Shown: piece by piece, positions 38,565-47,847 of the stretch | How positions within the stretch are numbered: position 1 is the first letter of the stretch | Layout of the letters: every line of letters starts with the position of its first letter | The notes under the pieces: generated by a model | What the model was told of the DNA's origin: nothing | The model's database searches: none | What the model saw: only the letters and a program-made list of their open reading frames with translations | Assembly (NCBI GenBank): GCA_045121095.1 | Contig: JBGVFN010000058.1 | Coordinates: forward strand, 646-64,645 | DNA length: 64,000 nt | Reading direction: 5' to 3' | DNA from: Lachnospiraceae bacterium | GTDB taxonomy: Bacteria; Bacillota; Clostridia; Lachnospirales; Lachnospiraceae | Made by a program: the position numbers and the translations under genes

Positions 38565-39584
38565 CTAATACTCTTTACAGGAAAATTTTTCTTTACAGCC
38601 TTGGGAATAAGTGACATTTCCATCTTGATCAATAAAAATAGCCCACACATCATCTATGCTGTTAATCAAATCCAAACCCTTTTCTAATCCTAATGCAAAA
38701 CAAGTGGTGGAAAGTCCGTCTCCATCTACAGACTTTTCTGAAATAATGGTTACACTGGCTAAACCATTGTCATAAGAATATCCTGTTTCAGGGTCTAAAA
38801 TATGATGATATTTCTTTCCATCTACAGTAATATAACGTTCATAATCTCCTGATGTTACCAGGGATTGGTCTGAAAGTAAAACACTGACTTTAGCTTCTCT
38901 TTCAGGTGCACTCTCTGGATTCTGAATTCCCAAATGAAAATCATCTCCCGATGGTTTGCTGCCAATGCAGACTACATTTCCACCTAAACTAATGGTTGCA
39001 CTTTCTACGCCCTGATCCACCAGATATTCCTTTACCCGATCTGCAATATATCCTTTGGCAATGGCCCCCAGATCAATTCCCATACCATCTTCCAACGATA
39101 CATGATTTCCTTCCAGTTTCACGTTTTTATAATCTACATACTGCAAATGATCCTGGATTGCCTGTGCATCTGGAAGCTTATTTTCACCAGATGTAAAATC
39201 CCATAACGATGATATTGGTTCAATCGTTATATCAAATGCTCCATCAGATAACTCACCATAATAAAGACCTTTTTCTAAAAGCTCCGCTGTTTCATCTGAA
39301 ACAACTGCTTCTCCATTTTCATTTAATAATGAAATTTCACTATCTTCCACGGTTCTTGAAAGCTTTTTCTCATAGTCTGAACATAATTTAAAACAATCTG
39401 TTATGAGCTGTTCGTCATCTGTTCCATATAGCGTAATTTCTATTTGTGTATTCAATGCATAACCAATACGGCTAACTGACTCTTCTTCATTGCTCTTTCC
39501 ACATCCGCTTAAACCTGCTAAAAATGCAGCAGTTAAACACATACCACTCAATAATGAAACTATTCGTTTTCGTCTTTTGCCCAT
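38565..39584 (-). CDS. apbE: FAD:protein FMN transferase (ApbE family) lipoprotein
   Basis: ORF 38565..39599 trimmed to MGKRRKR (GGAGA RBS). Lipobox LSGCG. ApbE blocks (AIAKGY, HHILDP). Confidence 0.85.
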   Translation of the reverse strand: MGKRRKRIVSLLSGMCLTAAFLAGLSGCGKSNEEESVSRIGYALNTQIEITLYGTDDEQLITDCFKLCSDYEKKLSRTVEDSEISLLNENGEAVVSDETAELLEKGLYYGELSDGAFDITIEPISSLWDFTSGENKLPDAQAIQDHLQYVDYKNVKLEGNHVSLEDGMGIDLGAIAKGYIADRVKEYLVDQGVESATISLGGNVVCIGSKPSGDDFHLGIQNPESAPEREAKVSVLLSDQSLVTSGDYERYITVDGKKYHHILDPETGYSYDNGLASVTIISEKSVDGDGLSTTCFALGLEKGLDLINSIDDVWAIFIDQDGNVTYSQGCKEKFSCKEY

Positions 39585-39801
39585 TTCATATATCTCCATT
39601 CATTTTTTATATGCAATTTTATGCATAAAACACTCCCTAAACATCAAGACATATTATACCACAGCTTTGTATAATATAGGCAACATCTTTCCTATATTCC
39701 CTGAAATTCACTAAATATTCTTAATGCATTATTTAAACGCTCTCCAATATTTTCTTCCATGACCAACATGTATCTAAAATGAATTTTTATGAATATTTCT
39801 A

Positions 39802-39830
39802 TTGAGTAAAAATCAATTTTCAAGTATAAT
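39802..39830 (+). promoter_or_regulatory. Putative sigma-A promoter of the aconitase-family gene
   Basis: TTGAGT, 17 nt spacer, TATAAT, 135 nt upstream of the start. Confidence 0.45.
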
Positions 39831-39964
39831 ATACAGCGTGTATGGTAAGAACCAATTCCCTCTTGCAATAAACTTTACACTAGTTCGTTCCGACGGTGGA
39901 TTGTCGCTTGGTAATTCCAGGCAATATCCTGTCGGATAATTTTTTATAAGGAGGAAATGCCTTT

Positions 39965-42256
39965 ATGGTAAAACTTTTTGAAAATGGCGCCTATTTATTA
40001 AATGGCGAAATTCTGGTTGAAGACACTAGCGATGCTTCTGCACTTCTCTCTTCTAAACTTGGAACTGCACCTGAGAAAGCTGAAGCGGCTAAAGGAACTA
40101 TGGCATATAACATTCTGCAGGCTCATAATACATCCGATGATCCTGAACAGTTAAAAATTAAATTTGATTGTTTAACTTCCCATGACATTACATATGTGGG
40201 TATTATTCAGACAGCAAGAGCCAGCGGACTTGAAAAATTCCCTATCCCCTATGTATTAACCAACTGCCATAACAGTCTTTGTGCTGTAGGCGGTACAATC
40301 AACGAAGATGATCACATGTTTGGCCTTACCTGTGCTCAGAAATACGGCGGCATCTACGTTCCCCCTCATCAGGCAGTTATTCATCAGTATGCCCGTGAAA
40401 TGCTGGCTGGCTGCGGCAAGATGATTTTAGGTTCTGACAGCCATACCCGTTATGGTGCTCTTGGTACTATGGCAATTGGTGAAGGCGGCGGTGAACTGGC
40501 AAAACAGCTTCTTGGACGTACTTATGATGTTAAAATGCCCGGCGTTGTTGCTGTTTATCTGACTGGCGAACCCATGAAAGGAGTCGGACCTCAGGACGTT
40601 GCTCTTGCAATTATCGGTGCTACTTTCGCAAATGGCTACGTAAATAATAAAGTAATGGAATTTGTTGGACCTGGTGTTAAAAACTTAAGTGCAGATTTCC
40701 GTATCGGCATTGATGTTATGACTACCGAAACAACCTGTCTGTCTTCAATCTGGACAACAGATACCACAATCTCTGATTACCTTGCATTACACGGCCGCGC
40801 TGATGCTTATAAAGAATTAAATCCCGCTCCTGTTGCATACTATGACGGAGCAATTGTAATTGATCTGAGTACCATTAAACCCATGATTGCTATGCCTTTC
40901 CATCCCAGCAATACATATGAGATTGACGAACTGAAAAATAATCTTGATGATATTCTGGCAGATGTAGAAAAAAGAGCTCGTGTATCCTTCGGTGACTCCT
41001 GTGATTTCACTTTAAGAAACAAAGTAATGGATGGACAGCTTTATGTTGATCAGGGAATTATCGCAGGATGTGCAGGTGGCGGTTTTGAGAATATCTGTGC
41101 TGCAGCAGACATCCTGAAAGGCAGATTTACTGGTGATGATAAATTCACTTTAAGTGTTTATCCCGCTTCTACTCCTGTATTCCTGGAACTGGTTAAAAAC
41201 GGAAGTGTTGCTGATTTAATGACTGCCGGTGCAATCGTTAAAACTGCATTCTGTGGTCCTTGCTTTGGTGCTGGTGATACACCTGCCAACGGCGCTTTCA
41301 GTATCCGTCATTCAACCCGAAACTTCCCCAACAGAGAAGGTTCCAAGATTCAGAATGGTCAGCTTTCCGCTGTTGCATTAATGGATGCTCGTTCCATTGC
41401 AGCCACAGCAGCTAACAAAGGCTTCCTGACCGCCGCTACCGATATGGATGTTGAATACACTGGAAAGAAATATTTCTTTGACAGTACAATTTATGCAAAT
41501 CGTGTATACGACAGCAAAGGTGTAGCGCATCCCGAAGTAGATATTCAGTTTGGTCCTAATATTAAAGACTGGCCTTCCATGGTTGCTCTTACCAACGACC
41601 TGCTGCTTCGTGTGGCATCCGTTATTCACGATCCGGTTACCACAACAGACGAATTAATTCCTTCAGGAGAAACTTCTTCCTACCGTTCCAATCCTTTAGG
41701 ACTTGCAGAGTTTACTTTATCCAGAAAAGACCCTGCTTATGTTGGAAAGGCAAAAGCGGTAAGAACAGTTGAAGAAATCAGACGAAATGATTCTTGTCCT
41801 TGTCAGGCTGAAGATTCCGCATATGCTGATGCATTTAAGGTAATCAAAAAAGCATATCCTGAATTAAAAGCCAGTGAAACCGGTATCGGCAGCACAATCT
41901 ACGCAGTAAAACCCGGTGATGGTTCTGCCAGAGAACAGGCCGCTTCCTGCCAGAAGGTACTTGGCGGATGGGCAAATATCGCCAGAGAATATGCAACAAA
42001 ACGTTATCGCTCCAATCTGATCAACTGGGGTATGCTTCCGTTCCTGTTTGACAAGGAAGAACTTCCTTTTGATCTGGATGACTTTATCTTTATTCCTGGT
42101 ATTCGTACTGCAATTCAGGAAAAGACCAGCGTTATCACTGCCTATGTTGTAAAGGATACTTTAATTCCTTTTGAACTCCGTCTCGGTGATCTGACAGATG
42201 ACGAGCGTAAGATTATCCTGTCCGGATGCCTTATTAACTACTACAAAGAATATTAA
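39965..42256 (+). CDS. Aconitate hydratase (aconitase-family hydratase, ~760-aa clostridial type)
   Basis: 763 aa. Aconitase catalytic and swivel domain blocks (GSDSHT, CGPCFG). Confidence 0.8.
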   Translation: MVKLFENGAYLLNGEILVEDTSDASALLSSKLGTAPEKAEAAKGTMAYNILQAHNTSDDPEQLKIKFDCLTSHDITYVGIIQTARASGLEKFPIPYVLTNCHNSLCAVGGTINEDDHMFGLTCAQKYGGIYVPPHQAVIHQYAREMLAGCGKMILGSDSHTRYGALGTMAIGEGGGELAKQLLGRTYDVKMPGVVAVYLTGEPMKGVGPQDVALAIIGATFANGYVNNKVMEFVGPGVKNLSADFRIGIDVMTTETTCLSSIWTTDTTISDYLALHGRADAYKELNPAPVAYYDGAIVIDLSTIKPMIAMPFHPSNTYEIDELKNNLDDILADVEKRARVSFGDSCDFTLRNKVMDGQLYVDQGIIAGCAGGGFENICAAADILKGRFTGDDKFTLSVYPASTPVFLELVKNGSVADLMTAGAIVKTAFCGPCFGAGDTPANGAFSIRHSTRNFPNREGSKIQNGQLSAVALMDARSIAATAANKGFLTAATDMDVEYTGKKYFFDSTIYANRVYDSKGVAHPEVDIQFGPNIKDWPSMVALTNDLLLRVASVIHDPVTTTDELIPSGETSSYRSNPLGLAEFTLSRKDPAYVGKAKAVRTVEEIRRNDSCPCQAEDSAYADAFKVIKKAYPELKASETGIGSTIYAVKPGDGSAREQAASCQKVLGGWANIAREYATKRYRSNLINWGMLPFLFDKEELPFDLDDFIFIPGIRTAIQEKTSVITAYVVKDTLIPFELRLGDLTDDERKIILSGCLINYYKEY

Positions 42257-42391
42257 TTGGCAGAATTCGTAGTTTTCTTGAACATGTATTTCTTAGACAT
42301 GTAAATGTTTTACTGTTGAGAGTTCGTACCACTTCCATTTAAAATTGCAGCAACGGTCCAGCAGGAGCTGAACTGCATTGAATGAATCAAA

Positions 42392-42435
42392 AAAGCCTGT
42401 GAAAATGTTTCACGTGAAACATTTTCACAGGCTTT
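42392..42435. terminator. 44-bp perfect palindrome between convergent genes with a perfect parS at its apex
   Basis: aaagcctgtgaaaaTGTTTCACGTGAAACAttttcacaggcttt. Core at 42406..42421. Confidence 0.8.
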
Positions 42436-42580
42436 ATATTTGTATAGAACTTTATATCGCACAAAACTTTATATTACATTAACTTTCTAATCTACAAGAT
42501 TTATATTGCATAAACTTTATAGTCTACAAGCCTTATATTTCATAAACTTTATAGTCTACATAACTTATATTCTTATAAAG
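42436..42580. repeat. ~32-bp tandem array (about 4 units)
   Basis: taaactttatagtctaca recurs at 42511 and 42543, with diverged units upstream. Confidence 0.75.
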
Positions 42581-42583
42581 GTT

Positions 42584-43687
42584 TTATCTCTCATAACGTT
42601 CTTTCACAAACTTCATCTGAGATGCCATACCGCTGAATAATAAATCTACAATCGTAATTGCAGCCATGGATTCTACCACTACTACTGCTCTTGGAACAAT
42701 AATAGGATCATGTCTTCCATGAATAACTATATCCAGATCTTCTTTATCTTTTGTTACAGTTTTCTGCATCTTACCAATGCTGGGAGTAGGCTTTACTGCT
42801 GCACGAAAAACAATATCAGCCCCATCACTCATACCACCTAAAATTCCTCCCGCATGATTGGTTTTCTTAATAATATCACCGGCTTCATTCAACCCAAATT
42901 CATCATTGTTAACAGAGCCTGTACTCTCTGCCGCTGCAAATCCATCACCAATTTCGAAACCTTTTACTGCACCAATTGACATAATCGCTTTTGCCAAATT
43001 TGCATCCAATTTATCAAATACGGTATTTCCCACACCTACAGGCATATTTTTTATTACACACTCAATAACCCCACCTGCAGAATCCTGTTCTTCGATTTTT
43101 TCCTGCAAAAACAACTCTGCACGTGCTGCCGCATCTGCATCAGGCATATATACTTTATTTTTCAAGATTTGTTCTCGATCAAATTTGGCATTATCAATTT
43201 CCACTGGTCCGATTGATTTTGCATAAGCATATATCTCTATTCCCAGTTCTTTCAATATCTTCATAGCAATGGCACCAGCCGCTACTCTGCCAATTGTCTC
43301 CCTTCCAGAAGACCGACCGCCACCTCTATAATCACGAAAACCATATTTCTGATCAAATGTATAATCCGCGTGACCAGGTCTATAGGAATATGCAATCGAT
43401 CCATAATCTTTTGAACGCTGATCTTTATTCCATACAATCATGGAAATCGGAGTGCCAGTAGTCTTTCCTTCAAATACACCCGAAAGAATCTGTACCTCAT
43501 CTCCTTCTTTTCGATTGGTAGTATATTTACTTTGTCCCGGTTTTCTTCTGTCCAGCATCTTCTGAATATCAGCTTCTTCTAAAGTAAGTCCAGCCGGACA
43601 TCCATCCACAACTACACCTAAAGCTTTTCCATGAGATTCGCCCCATGTAGAAACTGTAAAAATATTTCCAATAACCGATCCAGCCAT
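42584..43687 (-). CDS. aroC: Chorismate synthase
   Basis: 367 aa. GESHG and RPGHAD signatures. Confidence 0.95.
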   Translation of the reverse strand: MAGSVIGNIFTVSTWGESHGKALGVVVDGCPAGLTLEEADIQKMLDRRKPGQSKYTTNRKEGDEVQILSGVFEGKTTGTPISMIVWNKDQRSKDYGSIAYSYRPGHADYTFDQKYGFRDYRGGGRSSGRETIGRVAAGAIAMKILKELGIEIYAYAKSIGPVEIDNAKFDREQILKNKVYMPDADAAARAELFLQEKIEEQDSAGGVIECVIKNMPVGVGNTVFDKLDANLAKAIMSIGAVKGFEIGDGFAAAESTGSVNNDEFGLNEAGDIIKKTNHAGGILGGMSDGADIVFRAAVKPTPSIGKMQKTVTKDKEDLDIVIHGRHDPIIVPRAVVVVESMAAITIVDLLFSGMASQMKFVKERYER

Positions 43688-43761
43688 AATTATTTTCTCC
43701 TGTTCTGATATTTATCTCTTTACCATTTATATAATTAAAAATAAAAGGTATAAATTTCCCA

Positions 43762-43805
43762 AAACGTCTATGAAATGTTTCACGTGAAACATTTTATAGA
43801 CGTTT
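43762..43805. other. parS site (perfect 16/16) at the apex of a 44-bp near-perfect palindrome
   Basis: aaacgtctatgaaaTGTTTCACGTGAAACAttttatagacgttt (1 mismatch). Core at 43776..43791. Confidence 0.8.
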
Positions 43806-43825
43806 AAGCCATACAAATGGCTTTC

Positions 43826-43898
43826 AACTATATTAAACACCTTTTAGCTGTATAAACACCCTTCAGCTATATAAACATCCTTCAGCTATATGAATCCC
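43826..43898. repeat. 18-19-bp x4 tandem array
   Basis: Units of the type cttcagctatataaacatc. Confidence 0.75.
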
Positions 43899-43955
43899 TT
43901 TTTGTTATCGTAAAAACCTTAAAGAATTTTCCAACTTGTTTATCCGTTAAAGTAT

Positions 43956-43999
43956 AAAACAGAAATGGAGCAATGTCTACTAAAACATTGCTCCATTTC
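43956..43999 (-). terminator. Intrinsic terminator of the DUF4446 gene
   Basis: The minus strand reads gaaatggagcaatg-loop-cattgctccatttc followed by tgtttt. Confidence 0.65.
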
Positions 44000-44061
44000 T
44001 TATGCATAATTTATACAGAATAAATTATCCATTCCTACTCTATAACGATTTTATAAAGATT

Positions 44062-44574
44062 CTATAAAGGTTTCATCTCCATTGCTTTCTCCAGAGCCTT
44101 CTGTTCCTCTTTTCCAAGAAGCACATCACATTTACCTTCTTTAATTTCCTTCATGTACAGATAACTGCCCTCTCTGGTATGAATGGAATTAATCATAATT
44201 CCACTGTTTTTCAAATCCAGCATAGCTAACGCGAAACTTACCTGTCCACCCATGCCGGTTAATGCATCATATTTTACAACGCCTACTTTTTGATAACATC
44301 CAGAAATGACTTTATTCATATCAGATATTTCAGACTCGATTTTCTGATCTGTCTGCTGTAATTTCTTAATATCTTCTACTTCTGTTTGAATCAATTCTTC
44401 CAGTGATTTTGCGTCGCTTCCTTCCATAAACTTTCTATACTTCTTCTTTAAGCCACCCAATTTCACCAGACACACAATCACCATAATAAACAGTAAAAGT
44501 GTAACAGCTCCAAGTCCCACAAGCACATATGCAGGATCAAACAATAAATCATTTAACATACTGTTTTCTAACAT
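44062..44574 (-). CDS. DUF4446 membrane-anchored protein
   Basis: 170 aa with one N-terminal TM helix. Conserved position downstream of parB in Firmicutes. Confidence 0.65.
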   Translation of the reverse strand: MLENSMLNDLLFDPAYVLVGLGAVTLLLFIMVIVCLVKLGGLKKKYRKFMEGSDAKSLEELIQTEVEDIKKLQQTDQKIESEISDMNKVISGCYQKVGVVKYDALTGMGGQVSFALAMLDLKNSGIMINSIHTREGSYLYMKEIKEGKCDVLLGKEEQKALEKAMEMKPL

Positions 44575-44646
44575 TTTTCAATCTCCATCTTCTTTTCTCG
44601 TAACGATTCAATTGCGATTCACTACAATTTACTTTTTTGCTAAAAT

Positions 44647-45564
44647 TTAATGAATCTGTTGAAATAAATCCAGTAAGCGTTCCAACTCATCTAAAGAATA
44701 ATATTCTATTTCAATTTTGCCTTTATCATTTTTCTTATTTTTAATACTTACCTTTGTCCCCATAACCTGTTTAAGCAGATTCTCATAATTTTGGTAAATC
44801 AGCTTCGTCTGCTCATCTACGGGTTCTTCTTTCTTTTCCTCATTTTTTTCTTCCTGAGGTTCATTTACCAATTTAACCAGTTCTTCTGTTTCACGCACAC
44901 TCAAGCCTTCTTCTACGATCCGGGTTGCAAGATCATACTGCTCATCCAGATTTTCTAATGCAAGAAGTGCTCTGGCATGACCACTGGTTATCTGCCGGTA
45001 AATAAGCATTTGCTGTACGTCTTTATCCAGCTTCAGCAAACGAATAGAGTTAGCAATGGCAGCTCTGCTTTTACAAACCTTCTGGGAAATTTCATCCTGT
45101 TTCATGTGAAACTCCTGCATCAAACGCTGATAAGCCATCGCTTCTTCAATAGGATTCAAATCTTCACGTTGAATATTCTCAATCAGAGAAATTTCCATAA
45201 TTTCCTGCTCTGTCAGATTTTTAACCACAACAGGAACTGTTTTCAAGCCTGCAAGTTGAGCGGCTCTCCATCTCCGTTCTCCAGTAACAATTTCGTAGTG
45301 CTTATCTTTTTTTACCACCACTAATGGCTGAATAATACCATGCTGCTTTATGGATTCTGCCAGTTCATTGAGCGCAGCCTCATCAAATGACTTTCTTGGC
45401 TGCTCTTTATTCGGCTCAACCATACTGATCTTCACCATAAAATCTCCATTTTCTTTTTCTGGTGATACTTTGACCTGCTCCTTTTCCTTCTGAGTATCCT
45501 CTTTCAATACGCCCTGAGGAATCAATATATCTAACCCTTTTCCAAGACCACCTTTTCTCGCCAT
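44647..45564 (-). CDS. parB: Chromosome partitioning protein ParB/Spo0J
   Basis: ORF trimmed to MARKGGLGKGLD (GGAGAGG RBS). GERRWRAA box and HTH. Confidence 0.95.
   Translation of the reverse strand: MARKGGLGKGLDILIPQGVLKEDTQKEKEQVKVSPEKENGDFMVKISMVEPNKEQPRKSFDEAALNELAESIKQHGIIQPLVVVKKDKHYEIVTGERRWRAAQLAGLKTVPVVVKNLTEQEIMEISLIENIQREDLNPIEEAMAYQRLMQEFHMKQDEISQKVCKSRAAIANSIRLLKLDKDVQQMLIYRQITSGHARALLALENLDEQYDLATRIVEEGLSVRETEELVKLVNEPQEEKNEEKKEEPVDEQTKLIYQNYENLLKQVMGTKVSIKNKKNDKGKIEIEYYSLDELERLLDLFQQIH
45098..45113. other. parS-like site (14/16) inside parB
   Basis: TGTTTCATGTGAAACT, read as EFHMKQ. Confidence 0.45.
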
Positions 45565-45576
45565 CTTCACCTCTCC

Positions 45577-46350
45577 TTATTCCTGAAGTTCCGCATTTGC
45601 AATTACTTCTTCTGCCAATAAGCGATATGCTTCAGCTCCTGCCGATCTGGAATCATACATATTAATAGGAAGACCATGGCTGGGTGCCTCTGCCAAACGT
45701 ACATTTCTCGGAATAATTGTTTTATAAATATTCTGTTTCAAATATCCCTTTACGTTTTCCACTACCTGCAACGACAAATTGGTTCTGGCATCATACATAG
45801 TAAACACAACCCCTTCAATATCCAATGAAGGATTCAGACGTTCTTTCACCAGACTGATGGTATAAATCAACTGGCTAAGTCCTTCCAATGCATAATACTC
45901 ACACTGAATGGGAACAAGAACCGTATCAGCAGTTGTCATTGCATTAATCGTCAGCATACTTAATGACGGAGGGCAATCAATAATAACAAAATCATACTGA
46001 TCTCTGATTGCAGCCACACTGTCTCTTAATATGTATTCTTTTCTGTCAACTCCAATTAACTCAATCTCACATCCGGATAAATCTACATTAGACGGCAGCA
46101 CATCCAGATTTTCAAAAACCTCATGAACAATACATTCTTCAATAGGTGCTTCACCTAAAAGCAGATCATATACTGTATATTTCTGATCATTTTTATCCAA
46201 TCCAAAACCGCTTGTACTATTTCCCTGAGGATCCATATCGATTGCAAGTACATGCTTTCCTTCAGCAGCCAGACAGGCAGATAAATTAATACTGGTAGTA
46301 CTTTTGCCTACTCCACCTTTCTGATTTGCAACTGCAATAATTCTTCCCAT
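45577..46350 (-). CDS. parA: Chromosome partitioning ATPase ParA/Soj
   Basis: 257 aa. Deviant Walker A NQKGGVGKST. Confidence 0.95.
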   Translation of the reverse strand: MGRIIAVANQKGGVGKSTTSINLSACLAAEGKHVLAIDMDPQGNSTSGFGLDKNDQKYTVYDLLLGEAPIEECIVHEVFENLDVLPSNVDLSGCEIELIGVDRKEYILRDSVAAIRDQYDFVIIDCPPSLSMLTINAMTTADTVLVPIQCEYYALEGLSQLIYTISLVKERLNPSLDIEGVVFTMYDARTNLSLQVVENVKGYLKQNIYKTIIPRNVRLAEAPSHGLPINMYDSRSAGAEAYRLLAEEVIANAELQE

Positions 46351-46428
46351 ATATCCTGATTTCCTTTCACTAAGCTATCTCTCAATACATACTCTCAATA
46401 CATATATACAAAAATTGGTAACAGTTCA

Positions 46429-46481
46429 GCCTTGGCTGAACTGTCTTGAATAAATTCAGCAGGATGGCGCTGAACTTTGTA
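46429..46481. repeat. REP-like element (GTTCAGC family)
   Basis: taacagttcagccttggctgaactgtcttgaataaattcagcagg. Near-identical to 59211..59250. Confidence 0.8.
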
Positions 46482-46581
46482 TATTGAGGACACTTATCTT
46501 TATTTTCCTATTAAACTTTTCAATCTGAAAACTGAACTCATTATAACACTATTCAAAATACAATTCTACGTTTTTTTTGAT

Positions 46582-46597
46582 TGTTTCACGTGAAACA
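46582..46597. other. parS site (perfect 16/16)
   Basis: TGTTTCACGTGAAACA in the rsmG-parA spacer. Confidence 0.8.
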
Positions 46598-46860
46598 TTT
46601 ATAAAGATTATAAAAATAATCTAAACTTATATTTTTTGAAGTAAAGCAATTTGACAATTGCCGAACTATCTGAAATTCATTCAACGGACATTCACAATTT
46701 TAATATAACCTTATATCCCGCTGAATAAATACAAAAAAACGAATTACTATCTGTTATCTTTGCTATTATAGATTCCATGTATATCTACAATTCTAAAGTA
46801 CATTCATAACAAATACTAATTCGTTTCTTTTGTGTATTCTCATTTCAGTTTAACTTCATT

Positions 46861-46990
46861 AACTTCAATGAGTTATATTTTCGTCTAACTTCAATGAGTC
46901 ATATTTTCGTTTAACTTCAACGAGTTATATTTTAATTTAACCTCAACGGGTCATATTTTAATTTATCATCAATGAGTCCTATATCTTTTT
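46861..46990. repeat. 26-bp x5 iteron-like tandem array
   Basis: aacttcaatgagttatattttcgtct and four variants at an exact 26-bp period. Confidence 0.85.
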
Positions 46991-47092
46991 ATTCACTAAA
47001 GCATATTTGAAAAATCATTTCATTCAGGCCCACTTTAAGAATCATCCTTAATTAACAAAAGGGGATATTTCTTCCTAATATAAAATTTCTTC

Positions 47093-47833
47093 CTAATATA
47101 AAGGTTCTTTAAACGGCGTGCCCGGTTTTCTGGGATATTTTTTTGGAGTTGCCTTTACTTTATTAATGCGAATAAAGTTTCGTTCCATAGGTTCTACCCC
47201 TGCACTCTCCTCTTCCAGTACAAACTGTTCTGTTTTTCCCAGATTTCCTCCCAATAAACGGATGGCTTTTCCTGCTTGTTCCAGTTCTTCTATTCCCTTC
47301 ATGGATTTGTAGGAAATAAAGCTTCCACCTTCTTTTACAAAGGGAAGGCAGATTTCAGACAAAGAGTTTAAATTTGCTACAGCTCTGGATACGCAATAAT
47401 CAAATTGCTCCCGGTATTCTGCTTTTTTTGCAATTTCTTCTGCTCTTCCGTGAATTGCTTCCACATTTTCCAAAGATAAAGCCTGTATCACTTCCCGCAG
47501 GAAAAGAATTCGTTTGTTTAAAGAATCCAATAAAACGACCTTCATTTCAGGAAACATGATTTTCAGAGGAATTCCAGGAAATCCTGCGCCGGTTCCCACA
47601 TCAATCACAGAAATATTTCCGGACAGATTTTCATACTTTGCCAGATATACGCTGTCCAGAAAATGTTTCACAACGACTTCTTTATACTCGGTAATTGCAG
47701 TCAGATTCATAACTTTATTTTTCTCCACCAGCATCTCATAATACAGCTGAAACTGCTGTGCCTGCTGATCAGTTAAAGGAAATCCGTGTTTCTCAAATAC
47801 CGATTTTAAATATTCCAATCCTAAAGTTTCCAA
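47093..47833 (-). CDS. rsmG: 16S rRNA (guanine527-N7)-methyltransferase
   Basis: 246 aa. GTGAGFPGIPLKI SAM motif. Conserved position. Confidence 0.9.
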   Translation of the reverse strand: METLGLEYLKSVFEKHGFPLTDQQAQQFQLYYEMLVEKNKVMNLTAITEYKEVVVKHFLDSVYLAKYENLSGNISVIDVGTGAGFPGIPLKIMFPEMKVVLLDSLNKRILFLREVIQALSLENVEAIHGRAEEIAKKAEYREQFDYCVSRAVANLNSLSEICLPFVKEGGSFISYKSMKGIEELEQAGKAIRLLGGNLGKTEQFVLEEESAGVEPMERNFIRINKVKATPKKYPRKPGTPFKEPLY

Positions 47834-47847
47834 ACTGCTTCTCCTTT

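Noticed and set aside
11410-46597. The TGTTTCACGTGAAACA palindromes as a transcription-factor operator (Rex/CRP/Fnr/TnrA-type) or a DNA-uptake-like sequence.
   Set aside because: The half-sites do not fit those consensus sequences (TnrA, for example, needs TGTNA-N7-TNACA). The 16-mer is an exact match to the Firmicutes parS consensus, and it lies next to parAB and oriC.
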